A DNA stretch of 64,000 bases from an uncultured Verrucomicrobiae bacterium (GCA_963702845.1 OY969763.1:3840001-3904000); one strand, 5' to 3'; counted from the first letter of the stretch, positions 28,762-39,089 are shown. Notes: generated from the letters alone by a model not told the origin. Numbers and translations: made by a program.

Positions 28762-29720
28762 TATTTTTTACGTTTCATGGCCAGTTCGACCATGCGCTGG
28801 CAGACTTGCGGGTAATTCATGCCCGCAGCGGCTGCGATTTCTGGAAAAAGACTAACTTCGGTCATGCCGGGCAGTGTGTTCACTTCGAGCACGATGGGGT
28901 TGCCTTGCGCGGTGACCATGACATCGACACGCGAGTAGTCCCGAGCGCCGACGGCTTTGAACGCAGCGAGCGCGGCAGCCTGGATTTTTTTGGTTGTTTC
29001 GGCATCGAAGTCCGCAGGACAAAAATGATCGCTTGCGCCGGGAGTGTATTTATTTTTGTAATCGTTGGGCCCTTGTTTGACGCGGACTTCGGCGACGGGC
29101 AACGCTTCATCGCCAAGGATGCCGACAGTAGTTTCGCGGCCGATGATTTTTTCTTCCATCAACACCTGGGTGTCGTAACGGAAGGCCTCGGCGAGCTTGG
29201 TGGCGAATTCTTCAACCCGATCGACCATCTGCAGACCGACGCTGGAACCTTGACGAACCGGCTTGAGGACGACGGGCGGATTCCAGCCGCGCGGCCAGGT
29301 GGTTTTTGGTGAATCGAACACTTCGAAGCGAGCGGTCGGCACGCCATGGGCGACGCAGGCTTTTTTGGTCAGCACTTTATCGAAGGCGATGCGACTGGCT
29401 TCAGCATCGCAACCGGTATAGGCGATGCCGATTTTTTCCAATTCGGTTTGGACGGTGCCATCTTCACCGTAGGTGCCGTGAAGCGCGAGGAAAACGACAT
29501 CGGTGCCGGGAAGGAGGGACCAACCGGGTACGGATTTTGCGCTGCGTTTGGATTTGGAAGCGGGCGCGGGAGATTCGACTTTCGCGCCGGGATCGACTTC
29601 GTAAACGTCGTGCCCGAGCGAGCGCAATGCTTTCGCGACGGCTGCGCCTGAACGCAATGACACTTCGCGTTCGGCTGAAGGACCGCCCAACATCACTGCA
29701 ATTTTTAAAGGCTTAATCAT
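28761..29720 (-). CDS. ddl: D-alanine--D-alanine ligase
   Basis: GGPSAEREVSL, LHGTYGEDG, GSSVG, LEVNTLPGMT. Confidence 0.95.
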   Translation of the reverse strand: MIKPLKIAVMLGGPSAEREVSLRSGAAVAKALRSLGHDVYEVDPGAKVESPAPASKSKRSAKSVPGWSLLPGTDVVFLALHGTYGEDGTVQTELEKIGIAYTGCDAEASRIAFDKVLTKKACVAHGVPTARFEVFDSPKTTWPRGWNPPVVLKPVRQGSSVGLQMVDRVEEFATKLAEAFRYDTQVLMEEKIIGRETTVGILGDEALPVAEVRVKQGPNDYKNKYTPGASDHFCPADFDAETTKKIQAAALAAFKAVGARDYSRVDVMVTAQGNPIVLEVNTLPGMTEVSLFPEIAAAAGMNYPQVCQRMVELAMKRKK

Positions 29721-29723
29721 TAT

Positions 29724-30656
29724 TTATTCCGGATCTTCGCCCAAAATTTCTACTTCAGTTTCGAGTTCGATGCTGTGCTCGGCTTTCACTTTTTCGCGGA
29801 TGAACTCAATCAGTTGCAATACGTCGGCAGCGGTGGCGTTTTTTTCGTTCACGATAAAATTGCCGTGAACGGGTGAAATCATCGCGCCGCCAACCCGCTT
29901 GCCTTTCAAACCGAGTTCCTGGATCAGCTTGCCGGCAGCAGTTTTTTCCGGGTTTTTGAAAATACAACCGGCGCTGGGGTTTCTGGGCTGCGAACACCAG
30001 CGACGTTCGTTAAAATTATTTGTCCGCGCGACGATGGCTTCTTTGCTATCAGGGTCGCCACGAAAAATCGCGCTCAACGCAATGTGCGTGCGGAGCATCG
30101 GGCAGGAGCGGTATACGACTTCGATTTGGTTGACGAAGACGTCGTGAACCTCCCCTTCCCTATCCATGTAGCTGATTTGTTCGATACGTTCGAAAGTCGC
30201 GCTGCCCATAGCTCCGGCGTTCATGCGCATCGCGCCTCCAACACTGCCGGGGATACCGCCGAGAAATTCGAGGCCGGCGAGACCGTTTTGGCGAGCGGTA
30301 TTACAAACTTCCTTGAGACTGGCGCCTGCGCCGCACTTCAGGTACGGGCCGGAGACTTTGATTTCCGAAAAAGCTTGGTGCCAGAGGCGGACGACAACGC
30401 CGCGAATCCCGCCGTCGCGGATCAGGAGATTTGAACCGCGACCGAGGACGGTGAGCGGGATGTCGGCTTGCGTGCAGAAACGGAACAGGCGCGCGAGATC
30501 AAATACGCTGCACGGTTCGACATAGACGTCCGCAGGGCCGCCGACACGAAGAGTAGTTTTTTTCGCGAGCGATTCGTTCAGCCGGAGAACGGATTCCGGT
30601 GCGAGCACGTGCTTCAGATCGGCAAAAATTTGCTCCTTGTTCATCACATCAAGCAT
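29724..30656 (-). CDS. murB: UDP-N-acetylmuramate dehydrogenase
   Basis: TTLRVGGPAD, LGRGSNLL, IPGSVGGAMRMNAGA, SAGCIFKNP, HGNFIVN. Confidence 0.95.
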   Translation of the reverse strand: MLDVMNKEQIFADLKHVLAPESVLRLNESLAKKTTLRVGGPADVYVEPCSVFDLARLFRFCTQADIPLTVLGRGSNLLIRDGGIRGVVVRLWHQAFSEIKVSGPYLKCGAGASLKEVCNTARQNGLAGLEFLGGIPGSVGGAMRMNAGAMGSATFERIEQISYMDREGEVHDVFVNQIEVVYRSCPMLRTHIALSAIFRGDPDSKEAIVARTNNFNERRWCSQPRNPSAGCIFKNPEKTAAGKLIQELGLKGKRVGGAMISPVHGNFIVNEKNATAADVLQLIEFIREKVKAEHSIELETEVEILGEDPE

Positions 30657-31842
30657 GCAGCGCCTCCGCGGGTTTCGAGGTCGCCGGTTGCGGCGGCTGC
30701 ACTGTGCGAATCTCGCCGGTTTGCGGTGGCAAATCAATGTGGGTCGGGCGACCCAAAATTCTGTCAGCAATTTCGGCGGCGGAAGTCGGACGGTCCCAAC
30801 GCTCGAGCGCTTGTTGCATGCTGGCGCGGCGTTGGGGATTGTTGATGATCTCGATGAGTTCGGCTGCGAGCGTGTGCGGCTCGACACTCGATTGCTCAAA
30901 CATGCGCGCGGCGCCGGATTGGACAAAGGCGCGCGCATTGTGAAATTGGTGATTGTCGGCGGCAGTCGGATACGGAATAAGGACTGCCGGCAAACGAGTC
31001 GCGGCAAATTCAGCGAGCGAGGATGCGCCGGCACGGCTGATGGCGACATCCGACGCGGTCAGCGCGAGGTCCATTTCGTTGAGAAACTCGCGGACAACGG
31101 CGCGGCAGTTTTGCGCAGCGTAAGCTTTTTGGACGATGTCGAAATCTTGTTTGCCGGTGAGGTGCAGGATTTGAAGATTGGGAATCGCTTCACGAAGCAA
31201 CGGCGCGCAGTTGAGTGCGAGGTCGTTGATGCCGGTCGCGCCCTGGCTCCCGCCCATAATTAACAAAACGGGATCTTGTTCTTCCAAACCAAGCAGGCGA
31301 CGGGCGACGGCTGCACGCATTGGTTTGGAAAATTGGGCACGGACAGGCATACCAAGCGCTTCGATTTTCTTCGCGCGCATTGTCGTGCTCGGGAAATAGA
31401 CGAAGGCGAGATCAACAAGGCGCGCGAGCCAGCGATTGGCGCGGCCGGCGATGCTGTTGGATTCGTGCAAATAGGTTTTGGCTTCGAGCAGTTTTCCGGC
31501 GAGGACGGGAGCGACACTGGTGAAACCGCCCATCGCAACGACAACATCCGGACGGTTTTTGCGAAAGTGACGCAGCGCGAGCGCGACAGACTTGGTGAGT
31601 CCGAGGCCAAAGCCGAGGTAATTTTTTCCGCTCAAACCGACGGCCGGAAGGCTGATGATTTGGAATTTACCGGCAACGGATGCAACGGCTTGTTGGTCCA
31701 CTTCTTTTTGCGACACGATCAGGGTCACTTCGCACTCGCGACGGGCGAGTTCGTGTGCAATGGCGATGCCGGGGAACAAATGGCCACCCGTGCCGCCACA
31801 GGCGATCGCAATTTTTTTAGGTGTAGCAAATTCGTTACGCAT
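30649..31842 (-). CDS. murG: Lipid I GlcNAc transferase MurG
   Basis: GGTGGHLFPG, HESN, GGSQGA, SRAGAS. Confidence 0.95.
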   Translation of the reverse strand: MRNEFATPKKIAIACGGTGGHLFPGIAIAHELARRECEVTLIVSQKEVDQQAVASVAGKFQIISLPAVGLSGKNYLGFGLGLTKSVALALRHFRKNRPDVVVAMGGFTSVAPVLAGKLLEAKTYLHESNSIAGRANRWLARLVDLAFVYFPSTTMRAKKIEALGMPVRAQFSKPMRAAVARRLLGLEEQDPVLLIMGGSQGATGINDLALNCAPLLREAIPNLQILHLTGKQDFDIVQKAYAAQNCRAVVREFLNEMDLALTASDVAISRAGASSLAEFAATRLPAVLIPYPTAADNHQFHNARAFVQSGAARMFEQSSVEPHTLAAELIEIINNPQRRASMQQALERWDRPTSAAEIADRILGRPTHIDLPPQTGEIRTVQPPQPATSKPAEALHA

Positions 31843-32981
31843 CGCTTAACTCCGCAGTGGGTATTTCGAACGGGTTATGGCGCTTGCGCACCGGCTCAAC
31901 AGCAAATCGTGAAATGCTCAGCAACAGTCCGGTCGCGACGAGCATCAGCATAAGATTGGAACCTCCGTAACTGATGAACGGCAGCGGCATACCTTTATTC
32001 GGCAGTGTGCTGGTGACAACGCCGATGTTGATGAACGCCTGGAAACCAATCATGAAAGTGATGCCGAGCCCAAGCAGCACGCCGAAGGTGTCGCAAGAGC
32101 GCTTGGCGATAATGGTGCCGCAAACAATGATCGCGATGAAAAGGATCACGACGGCAAGTGTCGCGATGATTCCAAGCTCTTCGCCGATAATGGAGAAAAT
32201 GAAGTCGGTGTGATGTTCGGGGACGAAGCCGAGTTTTTGGCGTCCGTTGCCGAGGCCGAGTCCAAACCAGCCACCAGAACCAAGTGCCAGCATCGCTTCG
32301 TAGGCCTGATAACCGACGCCTTCTTTGTTTTCTTCGGGATGCAGCCACGCGAGGATGCGCCGCAACCGCATCGGGTCGTGCACAAGCGAAAAAGCCAAAG
32401 CGAGGCCGGCGGCGATCACCGGCGGGATGATAAATTTCCAACGAACTCCGGCGATCACCAGCATTGCGGCGCTAACCAGTGCGAGGAGAATGGTACAACC
32501 GCGGTCGGGTTCGATGAATATCAACGCAAGAACCATGGCGATGATGCAACTCGGAATGACGAGACCTTGCTTAAACGTGTGCATCTGGCGCTGGAAGCGG
32601 TCGCAATAGGCGGCGAGAAACAAGAACCAGCGAGAGCTTGGCCAATTCCGAAGGTTGAAAACGTGGGACTCCAGGGATTGCAACCCAGCGTCGCGCGCCT
32701 TTTGTTCCAAAGCCGTATGGTGAAAAAACCACCAGAAGCAAAAACCCGGCGAAAATTAAGAGATACGGAGAAATTGTTTTCAGACGGCGATAATCCATGC
32801 AGGCGATCGCGGCCGCGAGCGCAAGACCCACTGCACACCAGGTGAGTTGGGAAATCAGATACTTTGCGCCGACGGCGGTCTTGCGAATTTCCATGCTCAT
32901 GCTGCAGCTATAAAGCATGACGAGACCAAGGCCGGTCAAAGCCAGGACGCAGCAAATTAGAATGGTCGTCAACCACTTCAT
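31835..32981 (-). CDS. ftsW: SEDS peptidoglycan glycosyltransferase FtsW, 1-nt frameshift near 32625
   Basis: GARRW...FQPSELAK in one frame; PEHHTDFIFSIIGEELG and PFISYGGS in the other. Confidence 0.92.
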
Positions 32982-33149
32982 CAAAAAGGCAAACCTCCTA
33001 ATGCGCTCACGCGCTTAAACGAACAGGCGGCACGCGTGCCGCCCGAGTCAAACCCGACGCGTTGCTGTCGGGTTTCTACACTGCAGGTGCTTAAACTTTT
33101 ACAAACGGGCTCGGATTTCATCCAAACGCATCGCGCTTGGTTGTGAAGA

Positions 33150-33183
33150 GCGGGCGCCAGGGTGAGGACACCTGACGCCCGCC
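33150..33183 (-). terminator. Hairpin just downstream of the LysM gene
   Basis: GCGGGCG(C)CAGG...CCTG(A)CGCCCGC; a second hairpin AAACCCGAC...GTCGGGTTT lies at about 33050-33075. Confidence 0.5.
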
Positions 33184-33195
33184 CATTAAACGAAT

Positions 33196-34035
33196 TTAAT
33201 TATTCGCGGTGCCGGTCGTCACTTGCGCCGTTGTTGTTGGCGTAGCGGAAGCGGCAGGTACCGGAGCGCTCACCGGCGTCGCGTCGGTTGACGCTTTGCC
33301 TGCGGGCATCTTCAGTTTTTGTCCGACCTTCAGCGAGTTGATGGACTTCAACCCGTTCAAAGAAGCGAGCTGCTTCACGGTCGTCCCGTGTGACTTCGCG
33401 ATCTTTTCCAAGCGGTCGCCGCTCTTGACGGTATAGGTGGCACCGTCGGTCGAGGCCGTGTCAGCCGATGCAGGAGTTGCGCTGGTCGCAGCAACTGCGG
33501 ACGTAGAACCGACCGGGATCTGGACCTTCTGACCGATCTGCAAACGCAGCGCGTTCAGGCCGGGGTTCGCGTCTTGCAATGCTTTGAGCGATACGCCGTT
33601 TTTCTTGGCGATCGAGCCGAGCATGTCGCCTTTTTGAATCGCGTATTCGCGAGTTGCGCCGGTTGCAGCAACTGGAGTTGCAGAAGTGATCGGAGCAGCA
33701 GGAATTGCGGTCACCGGAGCACCAGTCGGAGCGGGTACTGCGGTCGGGCTAATCGCAACGGTCGGAGCCTGCGGAATTGCCGCGTTCGGATCCATCGGCG
33801 CGGGATTCGCAGCGAGGTTGTCGGTCGTCGGCATCGAAGCATCAGCGTTTGTCTTCACGCCGTTGGTTCCGCTGTTGTCGGTCGGGGCCGAGTTATCCTT
33901 GGTGCAACCCTGGATGAGCAAACCACCGATGAAAACCACGTGCACGATGAGAATCGTGAAGAAGGCTATTCGGATGGTAGATTTATTTTTCGAAGGCTTG
34001 GTGCCTTGGGGTACGAGTGGGCTTGGAGTGTTCAT
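33196..34035 (-). CDS. Membrane-anchored protein with two LysM domains
   Basis: TM helix, Pro/Ala/Thr linker, [15 protein letters not shown] and [14 protein letters not shown]. Confidence 0.92.
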   Translation of the reverse strand: MNTPSPLVPQGTKPSKNKSTIRIAFFTILIVHVVFIGGLLIQGCTKDNSAPTDNSGTNGVKTNADASMPTTDNLAANPAPMDPNAAIPQAPTVAISPTAVPAPTGAPVTAIPAAPITSATPVAATGATREYAIQKGDMLGSIAKKNGVSLKALQDANPGLNALRLQIGQKVQIPVGSTSAVAATSATPASADTASTDGATYTVKSGDRLEKIAKSHGTTVKQLASLNGLKSINSLKVGQKLKMPAGKASTDATPVSAPVPAASATPTTTAQVTTGTANN

Positions 34036-34294
34036 TTTGGTCCTGTCTGGTTTATGTCATTCGTTGAGGTGTTCTTGTTGTTTCTTTTGTATCTGGTCTT
34101 CCCTCACAAAGACCGGATACAAAAATGTTTGGGGTCAAAACCCAGTCATTTTTCTGCAATTTTCCTGCAAAAATCGTCAATTTATTCACAATTTCGCCTT
34201 ATGGCATCCTTCAGGCCGTCTTATCAGAGCCTGCATCTTGTGGGGTTTTTAGGCCCCAGCACTATTCGTTGCGTCCGCCAACGTTCTACCGGTT

Positions 34295-34426
34295 TTAAGC
34301 AACAAAACGGCCTTGAATGATTCTTTTTGAATTTTTCAAGGCTTGAACAAAGCGCTGAACGTCCGTTTCTGTGTTCGCTTGTAACAATTTGTCCAAGTTG
34401 CTGCAACTGTTATTTGGTTGATTCAT
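34295..34426 (-). pseudogene. 43-aa stub in the murD position, possible murD relic
   Basis: MNQPNNSCSNLDKLLQANTETDVQRFVQALKNSKRIIQGRFVA starts 10 nt after the mraY stop; weak resemblance to the MurD C-terminal SPACxSxD...F...V segment. Confidence 0.3.
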
Positions 34427-34435
34427 GTTTTTTTC

Positions 34436-35587
34436 TCACCGGATTTTCAACGTGCTCAGAGCCACCACGGCGCACAAAACGCACATGATGTAAAAGCGGG
34501 TCGTAACCTGTGATTCGTACCAACCTTTTTTCTCAAAGTGATGGTGCAACGGCGCCATCAGAAAAACGCGGCGGCCTTCGCCATATTTGCGTCGGGTGTA
34601 TTTGAAATAGAAACGTTGAATCATGACGGAACCGGCTTCGGCAACAAAGACGCCGCCCGCGATGATCATGATGAGCGGTTGGTGAATGAGGACGGCGATC
34701 ATGCCGAGCGCGCCGCCGAGCGCGAGTGAACCGGTGTCGCCCATGAACACTTTTGCCGGATGACAATTGAACCAAAGGAACCCAAGACCCGCTCCGATCA
34801 TGCCGGCGGCGAAAACGGTCAGTTCGCCGGCGCCGGGCACGTATGGGATTTGAAGGTATTGCGCAGTGCGGAAATTTCCAGCGAGATAGCTCAGGACCAG
34901 AAAAACAAACGAGACAATCACAACACAACCCGTGGCAAGACCGTCGAGGCCGTCGGTCAAATTCACGGCATTTGAGGTGCCGACAATGGTAAGTGCGGTG
35001 AGGATTACGCCCACGGTTGCGCCGATGGAACCCGTCAACACTGGATATTTTACAAATGGCACCATGACTTCGCTGACCATTTTGCTGGTCGCGGGAAGCT
35101 TCCATAGATAGAGGCCGACGAAAATCGCGAGGATCCCCTGGACCCACAGCTTGATGAACTCAGTGATGCCACCGGCATTTTGTTTGGTGATTTTCGCGTA
35201 GTCGTCGAGGAAGCCGAGGCCGCAAAGCACGATGAAGGTGAGCGACATCAATTGCACGAGCGTGTTGTATTGGGTCCACAACATCGCGGTAAGATCGACG
35301 ACGAGAACGATCAAAATTCCACCCATCGTTGGTGTGCCACGTTTATCGACGCGATTGGTCAACGCGCCCTGCTCTTCTGCGCGATCGCGGTATTCCTGGC
35401 CGAACTTCAATTCTTTGAGCCAGCGAATCATTCGCGGACCAAGAATCCAACTCAGCACGAGCGCAGTAACGGCGGCGCCGGCACTACGGAATGTGATGTA
35501 GCGAAAGACGCGCAACGGCGAGACATAGGCTTGCCATTGGCCGTCTTTGGCCCACATCAGAATTTTCTCGGCGAGGTAGTAAAGCAT
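34436..35587 (-). CDS. mraY: Phospho-N-acetylmuramoyl-pentapeptide transferase
   Basis: KRGTPTMGG, NAVNLTDGLDGL, VFMGDTGS, MAPLHHHFE. Confidence 0.97.
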   Translation of the reverse strand: MLYYLAEKILMWAKDGQWQAYVSPLRVFRYITFRSAGAAVTALVLSWILGPRMIRWLKELKFGQEYRDRAEEQGALTNRVDKRGTPTMGGILIVLVVDLTAMLWTQYNTLVQLMSLTFIVLCGLGFLDDYAKITKQNAGGITEFIKLWVQGILAIFVGLYLWKLPATSKMVSEVMVPFVKYPVLTGSIGATVGVILTALTIVGTSNAVNLTDGLDGLATGCVVIVSFVFLVLSYLAGNFRTAQYLQIPYVPGAGELTVFAAGMIGAGLGFLWFNCHPAKVFMGDTGSLALGGALGMIAVLIHQPLIMIIAGGVFVAEAGSVMIQRFYFKYTRRKYGEGRRVFLMAPLHHHFEKKGWYESQVTTRFYIMCVLCAVVALSTLKIR

Positions 35588-36973
35588 TTAGTTCCTGATA
35601 AGTTGCTCGACGATTCGCTCCATCTTCATCGCACGCGAGGCCTTCACCAAAACGAGGTCGCCGTCGCGAACAAACTCTTTGATTTGGGTCGCAGCATCTT
35701 CGACATCGGTAAATTCGGTAACGTTCTTCAGGCCTTTTTTGCGCGCGGCTTCAGCGATGCCGCTGGCGAGGCGGCCAACTGCAAAAAGTTGATCAATTTT
35801 CAGTGAGGCAGCTTTTTCGCCGACTTCTGAATGTGCAGCAGCGGCTTCGTTGCCGAGTTCAGCCATGTCACCAAGCACCGCGACGCGACGAGCGCGCGTA
35901 GGCATTTCGCGCAATGTTTCCAGGGCAGCGAGCATGGAGTCGGCATTGGCGTTGTAAGCGTCATCAAGGACGCCGATGCCTTTGGCCGACCAGAATTGCA
36001 TGCGCATTTTGGGCGGAGCACATTCGCTGACGCCACGCGCGATTTCGGCGTGGCCAAGTCCGAGCTCGTCGCCGACCGCGATAGCGAAGAGGGCGTTCAC
36101 CACTTGATGGCGTCCGAGAAGTTTTAAGCGGTATTCGCCATCGACTTTGCCGGCTCGAGACTTAACCAAAAAGGAAACGCCATGTTCCGAAAGCTTGATA
36201 TCACTCGCGCTGTAATCGTTTTTTCCATTGAGGCCGACTTTAATCACGCGAGCGCGAGTGCGACGCGCGATGGCTTCACTCCACACGTTGTCTCCATTGA
36301 GAAACACCGCTCCACCAGCAGGAACTGCTTCTGCAACCGCCCCTTCCTCGCGGGCAACGCCATCGAGGTCGCCGAAAAATTCGAGATGTTCGCGCCCGAT
36401 GTTGGTTACGACTGCGTAGCGTGGAGCGACCATGAACGCGAGCGGCGCGAGTTCGCCAGGATGATTCGTGCCGATTTCAAGCACGGCAGCTTGATGAGTT
36501 TTTTCAAGCTTCAACAGGGTGAGCGGCACACCGATATCATTGTTGAAACTGGCTTCGCTCCAGAGTGTCGGATTTTCCTGACGCAGCACTGAAGCGATCA
36601 ATTCTTTCGTCGTCGTTTTGCCGTTGGAGCCGGCGACCGCGATGATTGGCAAATCGAAATTGCGACGATAATGCGAGGCTAGCCGGCCGAGCGCTTTGCG
36701 GGTGTCGTCGACTTCGATTGCCGGGAACGGCGCGCGCGGAGCGACGCGCCCTACCTTGTGCTTTTCGACAACGACAGCAGCGACGCCGGTTTCGAGAACA
36801 TGCGGCAAGAATTCGTGCGCGTCGAAATTCTCGCCCGAGAGTGCAAAGAACAAATCTCCAGCCTGTGCCTTGCGCGAATCTGTGCAGATGCGCGAGACGG
36901 TCGTGTCCGGCGTCGCCACCCTGAGTTCGCCCTGGCACGCTTCAGCGACATACTGGAGTGTTCGTGTTTCCAT
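35588..36973 (-). CDS. murF: UDP-MurNAc-tripeptide--D-Ala-D-Ala ligase
   Basis: TDSR, GENFDAH, GSNGKTTTKE, FNNDIGVPLT, DDAYNAN, LGDMAELG, VKASR. Confidence 0.95.
   Translation of the reverse strand: METRTLQYVAEACQGELRVATPDTTVSRICTDSRKAQAGDLFFALSGENFDAHEFLPHVLETGVAAVVVEKHKVGRVAPRAPFPAIEVDDTRKALGRLASHYRRNFDLPIIAVAGSNGKTTTKELIASVLRQENPTLWSEASFNNDIGVPLTLLKLEKTHQAAVLEIGTNHPGELAPLAFMVAPRYAVVTNIGREHLEFFGDLDGVAREEGAVAEAVPAGGAVFLNGDNVWSEAIARRTRARVIKVGLNGKNDYSASDIKLSEHGVSFLVKSRAGKVDGEYRLKLLGRHQVVNALFAIAVGDELGLGHAEIARGVSECAPPKMRMQFWSAKGIGVLDDAYNANADSMLAALETLREMPTRARRVAVLGDMAELGNEAAAAHSEVGEKAASLKIDQLFAVGRLASGIAEAARKKGLKNVTEFTDVEDAATQIKEFVRDGDLVLVKASRAMKMERIVEQLIRN
36728..36755 (-). repeat. GTAG-type REP-like palindrome inside the murF coding sequence
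   Basis: GGTAGGGCGCGTCGCTCCGCGCGCGCCG, read in frame as VGRVAPRAP. Confidence 0.6.
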
Positions 36974-37209
36974 TAATCGTGCAGCGGACTGTTTGATTTG
37001 AAACGGCAACGCGGTCCGCGCAGGGCGCGATTCAGCGCGAAGCGACGGCCTTCCATGTGTTCGGGAACGGCATTCGATTCGAGTTCGGCGATGGCTTGTT
37101 CGACCGGTTCTTTTGAAAATGCTTTCGGAAATGCCGGTCCGCCTTGTGTGGCGAGCCCAAAATTATTGCCGGCCTGCTGCTGATCCGTTTCGAATTTTTT
37201 CATTTTCAT
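36973..37209 (-). pseudogene. 78-aa stub in the murE position, possible murE relic
   Basis: Starts 12 nt after the ftsI stop; stop overlaps the murF start (TAATG); EQAIAELESNAVPEHME resembles the Mur-ligase VPGRME hinge. Confidence 0.4.
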
Positions 37210-37220
37210 AGGTTCAGGTG

Positions 37221-39077
37221 TTATCTGGCTTGCAGTCCCTTTTTGGTGTTCGACGCCTCGACCAGGCGTGGTTGATTATCCATTAAAGGTTCAACTTCGA
37301 TGTCAGGCTTGAGATTCAAATAGTTTGCGGCGCGATCGGCGATTTCTTTGAAAAATGGCGCGGCAGTCTGGCCGCCGAAATGGCCGTTCTTCGGATCGTC
37401 GATCACGACGGAAATGCAAATTTCCGGATTATCCGCCGGGAAAAATCCGATGAATGAGGAGAAAAATTTCTGCACGTAGTGGCCGTGCTCAACTTTTTGT
37501 GCGGTGCCAGTTTTCCCGGCGACGGTGAAGTTTTCCATGTGCGCCTTTTCGGCGGTGCCACCTTTGATCGGCACGGTCTTAAGCGCGGTGATCATGTCTT
37601 TATCGGCGCGGTCGCCGGCGACCGTGCGGACAGGTTGTGGCTGATATTTCGCGACGATCTTTCCATCGGAATTTTCAAGGCGATCAACGAGCATCGGGCG
37701 CATTAACACTCCGTGATTGGCGATCGCGCACATGGCCATGACCATTTGCAACGGCGTGACAGCGATGCCCTGGCCCATCGGAATTTGGGCGATTGAGACC
37801 TTCGTCCACTTCTGCACCGGATGCACGATGCCGGAGACTTCACCGGGCAGCGGAATGCCCGTCTTACTGCCGAAACCGAAATCGGTGATGTAGTGGTAGA
37901 GGCGTTCTTCGCCGAGACGAATACCGATTTTGGCCGAGCCAATATTAGAAGACTTAGTGATGATGTTCATCACGCTCAGGTCACCGTAAGGTTCGTGGTC
38001 ATGCAACGTGCGGCCGGCGTAAGCGAAGTGTCCATGCTCGCAGTTGAACACGTCCGTGAGGCGAACGACTTGTTCGTTCAAACCAGCGCTGATAACGACG
38101 ATCTTGAACGTAGACCCCGGTTCAGCGATATCGCTGATAACGCGATTGCGCAGGGCGTCCATCGGAAATGCGCCGGGACGATTTGGATCGAAGTTCGGGA
38201 TCGTGGCCATCGCGAGAATTTCACCCGTACGAGGCCGAACGATGGTGCACGACGCGCTTACCGGCGTGTGCTTTTTTACGATCTCGACCAACTCAGTTTC
38301 GGCGATGTGCTGGAGGCCGGCATCGATTGTCAGCACGACATTTAAGCCGTCGCGTGGATTAACGGCTTCTTCGCGGAACACGACCAACTCACGTTGGCGC
38401 TTATCGATTTCTGTGCGCAGCCAACCACGAACACCGGTGAGTTTGGAGTTGAAAGCAAGTTCGATTCCGTTCTGGCCGGATTGGAGATCGTCGTTTGCAA
38501 CATAACCAAGAATGTGCGACGCCAAACGGCCATTGGGGTATACGCGAATTTCGTCATCTTCGGCGAACACGGCCTTGGCGCGAAGATTGGTATAGAAACG
38601 CTTGTCGACGGCTTTGAGCTTGGATTCGTCGACGCCAAAAGAGAGCGTCGACATTGTTTTGTTGATTGCTTCCCACGTATCGAGCGTGACTTTGCGTTTT
38701 AAAACGATGTAGCCATTGGTCTTTCCGTCTTGGCGGAGGTGCGGAGCCAATCGCTCAAAGACAAAATCCACGTTTGTTTGCAGCAAGGGTGCGATGGCGC
38801 GAGCGACTTCGGCGCGGCGATCGCCGACCAAACTTGGATCAGCGCAAATGATTTTCGCCGGGATGCTCGTGGCAAGTGGATTGCCACGAATGTCGAGAAT
38901 TGCGCCGCGCATCGGCGGGCGCGAAATCGTGCGATGGGTGTTGTGCTCCGCGCGGGTCTGAAGGTCGTGATGACGGAGAACCTGGAGATCGACCAGACGG
39001 TATCCAAGCGCCGTAAATGCCACCACCAGGAGCCCGGTTACGAGCCCGATTTTCAAATCTGTCGCCGCGAACTTCAT
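37221..39077 (-). CDS. ftsI: Class B penicillin-binding protein (PBP3/FtsI)
   Basis: RGAILDIRG, EPGSTFK (SxxK), SSN, KTGT motifs. Confidence 0.93.
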   Translation of the reverse strand: MKFAATDLKIGLVTGLLVVAFTALGYRLVDLQVLRHHDLQTRAEHNTHRTISRPPMRGAILDIRGNPLATSIPAKIICADPSLVGDRRAEVARAIAPLLQTNVDFVFERLAPHLRQDGKTNGYIVLKRKVTLDTWEAINKTMSTLSFGVDESKLKAVDKRFYTNLRAKAVFAEDDEIRVYPNGRLASHILGYVANDDLQSGQNGIELAFNSKLTGVRGWLRTEIDKRQRELVVFREEAVNPRDGLNVVLTIDAGLQHIAETELVEIVKKHTPVSASCTIVRPRTGEILAMATIPNFDPNRPGAFPMDALRNRVISDIAEPGSTFKIVVISAGLNEQVVRLTDVFNCEHGHFAYAGRTLHDHEPYGDLSVMNIITKSSNIGSAKIGIRLGEERLYHYITDFGFGSKTGIPLPGEVSGIVHPVQKWTKVSIAQIPMGQGIAVTPLQMVMAMCAIANHGVLMRPMLVDRLENSDGKIVAKYQPQPVRTVAGDRADKDMITALKTVPIKGGTAEKAHMENFTVAGKTGTAQKVEHGHYVQKFFSSFIGFFPADNPEICISVVIDDPKNGHFGGQTAAPFFKEIADRAANYLNLKPDIEVEPLMDNQPRLVEASNTKKGLQAR

Positions 39078-39089
39078 CTTCCACTCCTC

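Noticed and set aside
30657..31049. N-terminal extension of the 441-aa murB ORF as a MurC remnant or fusion
   Set aside because: It lies entirely within murG in another frame and has no Mur-ligase motifs.
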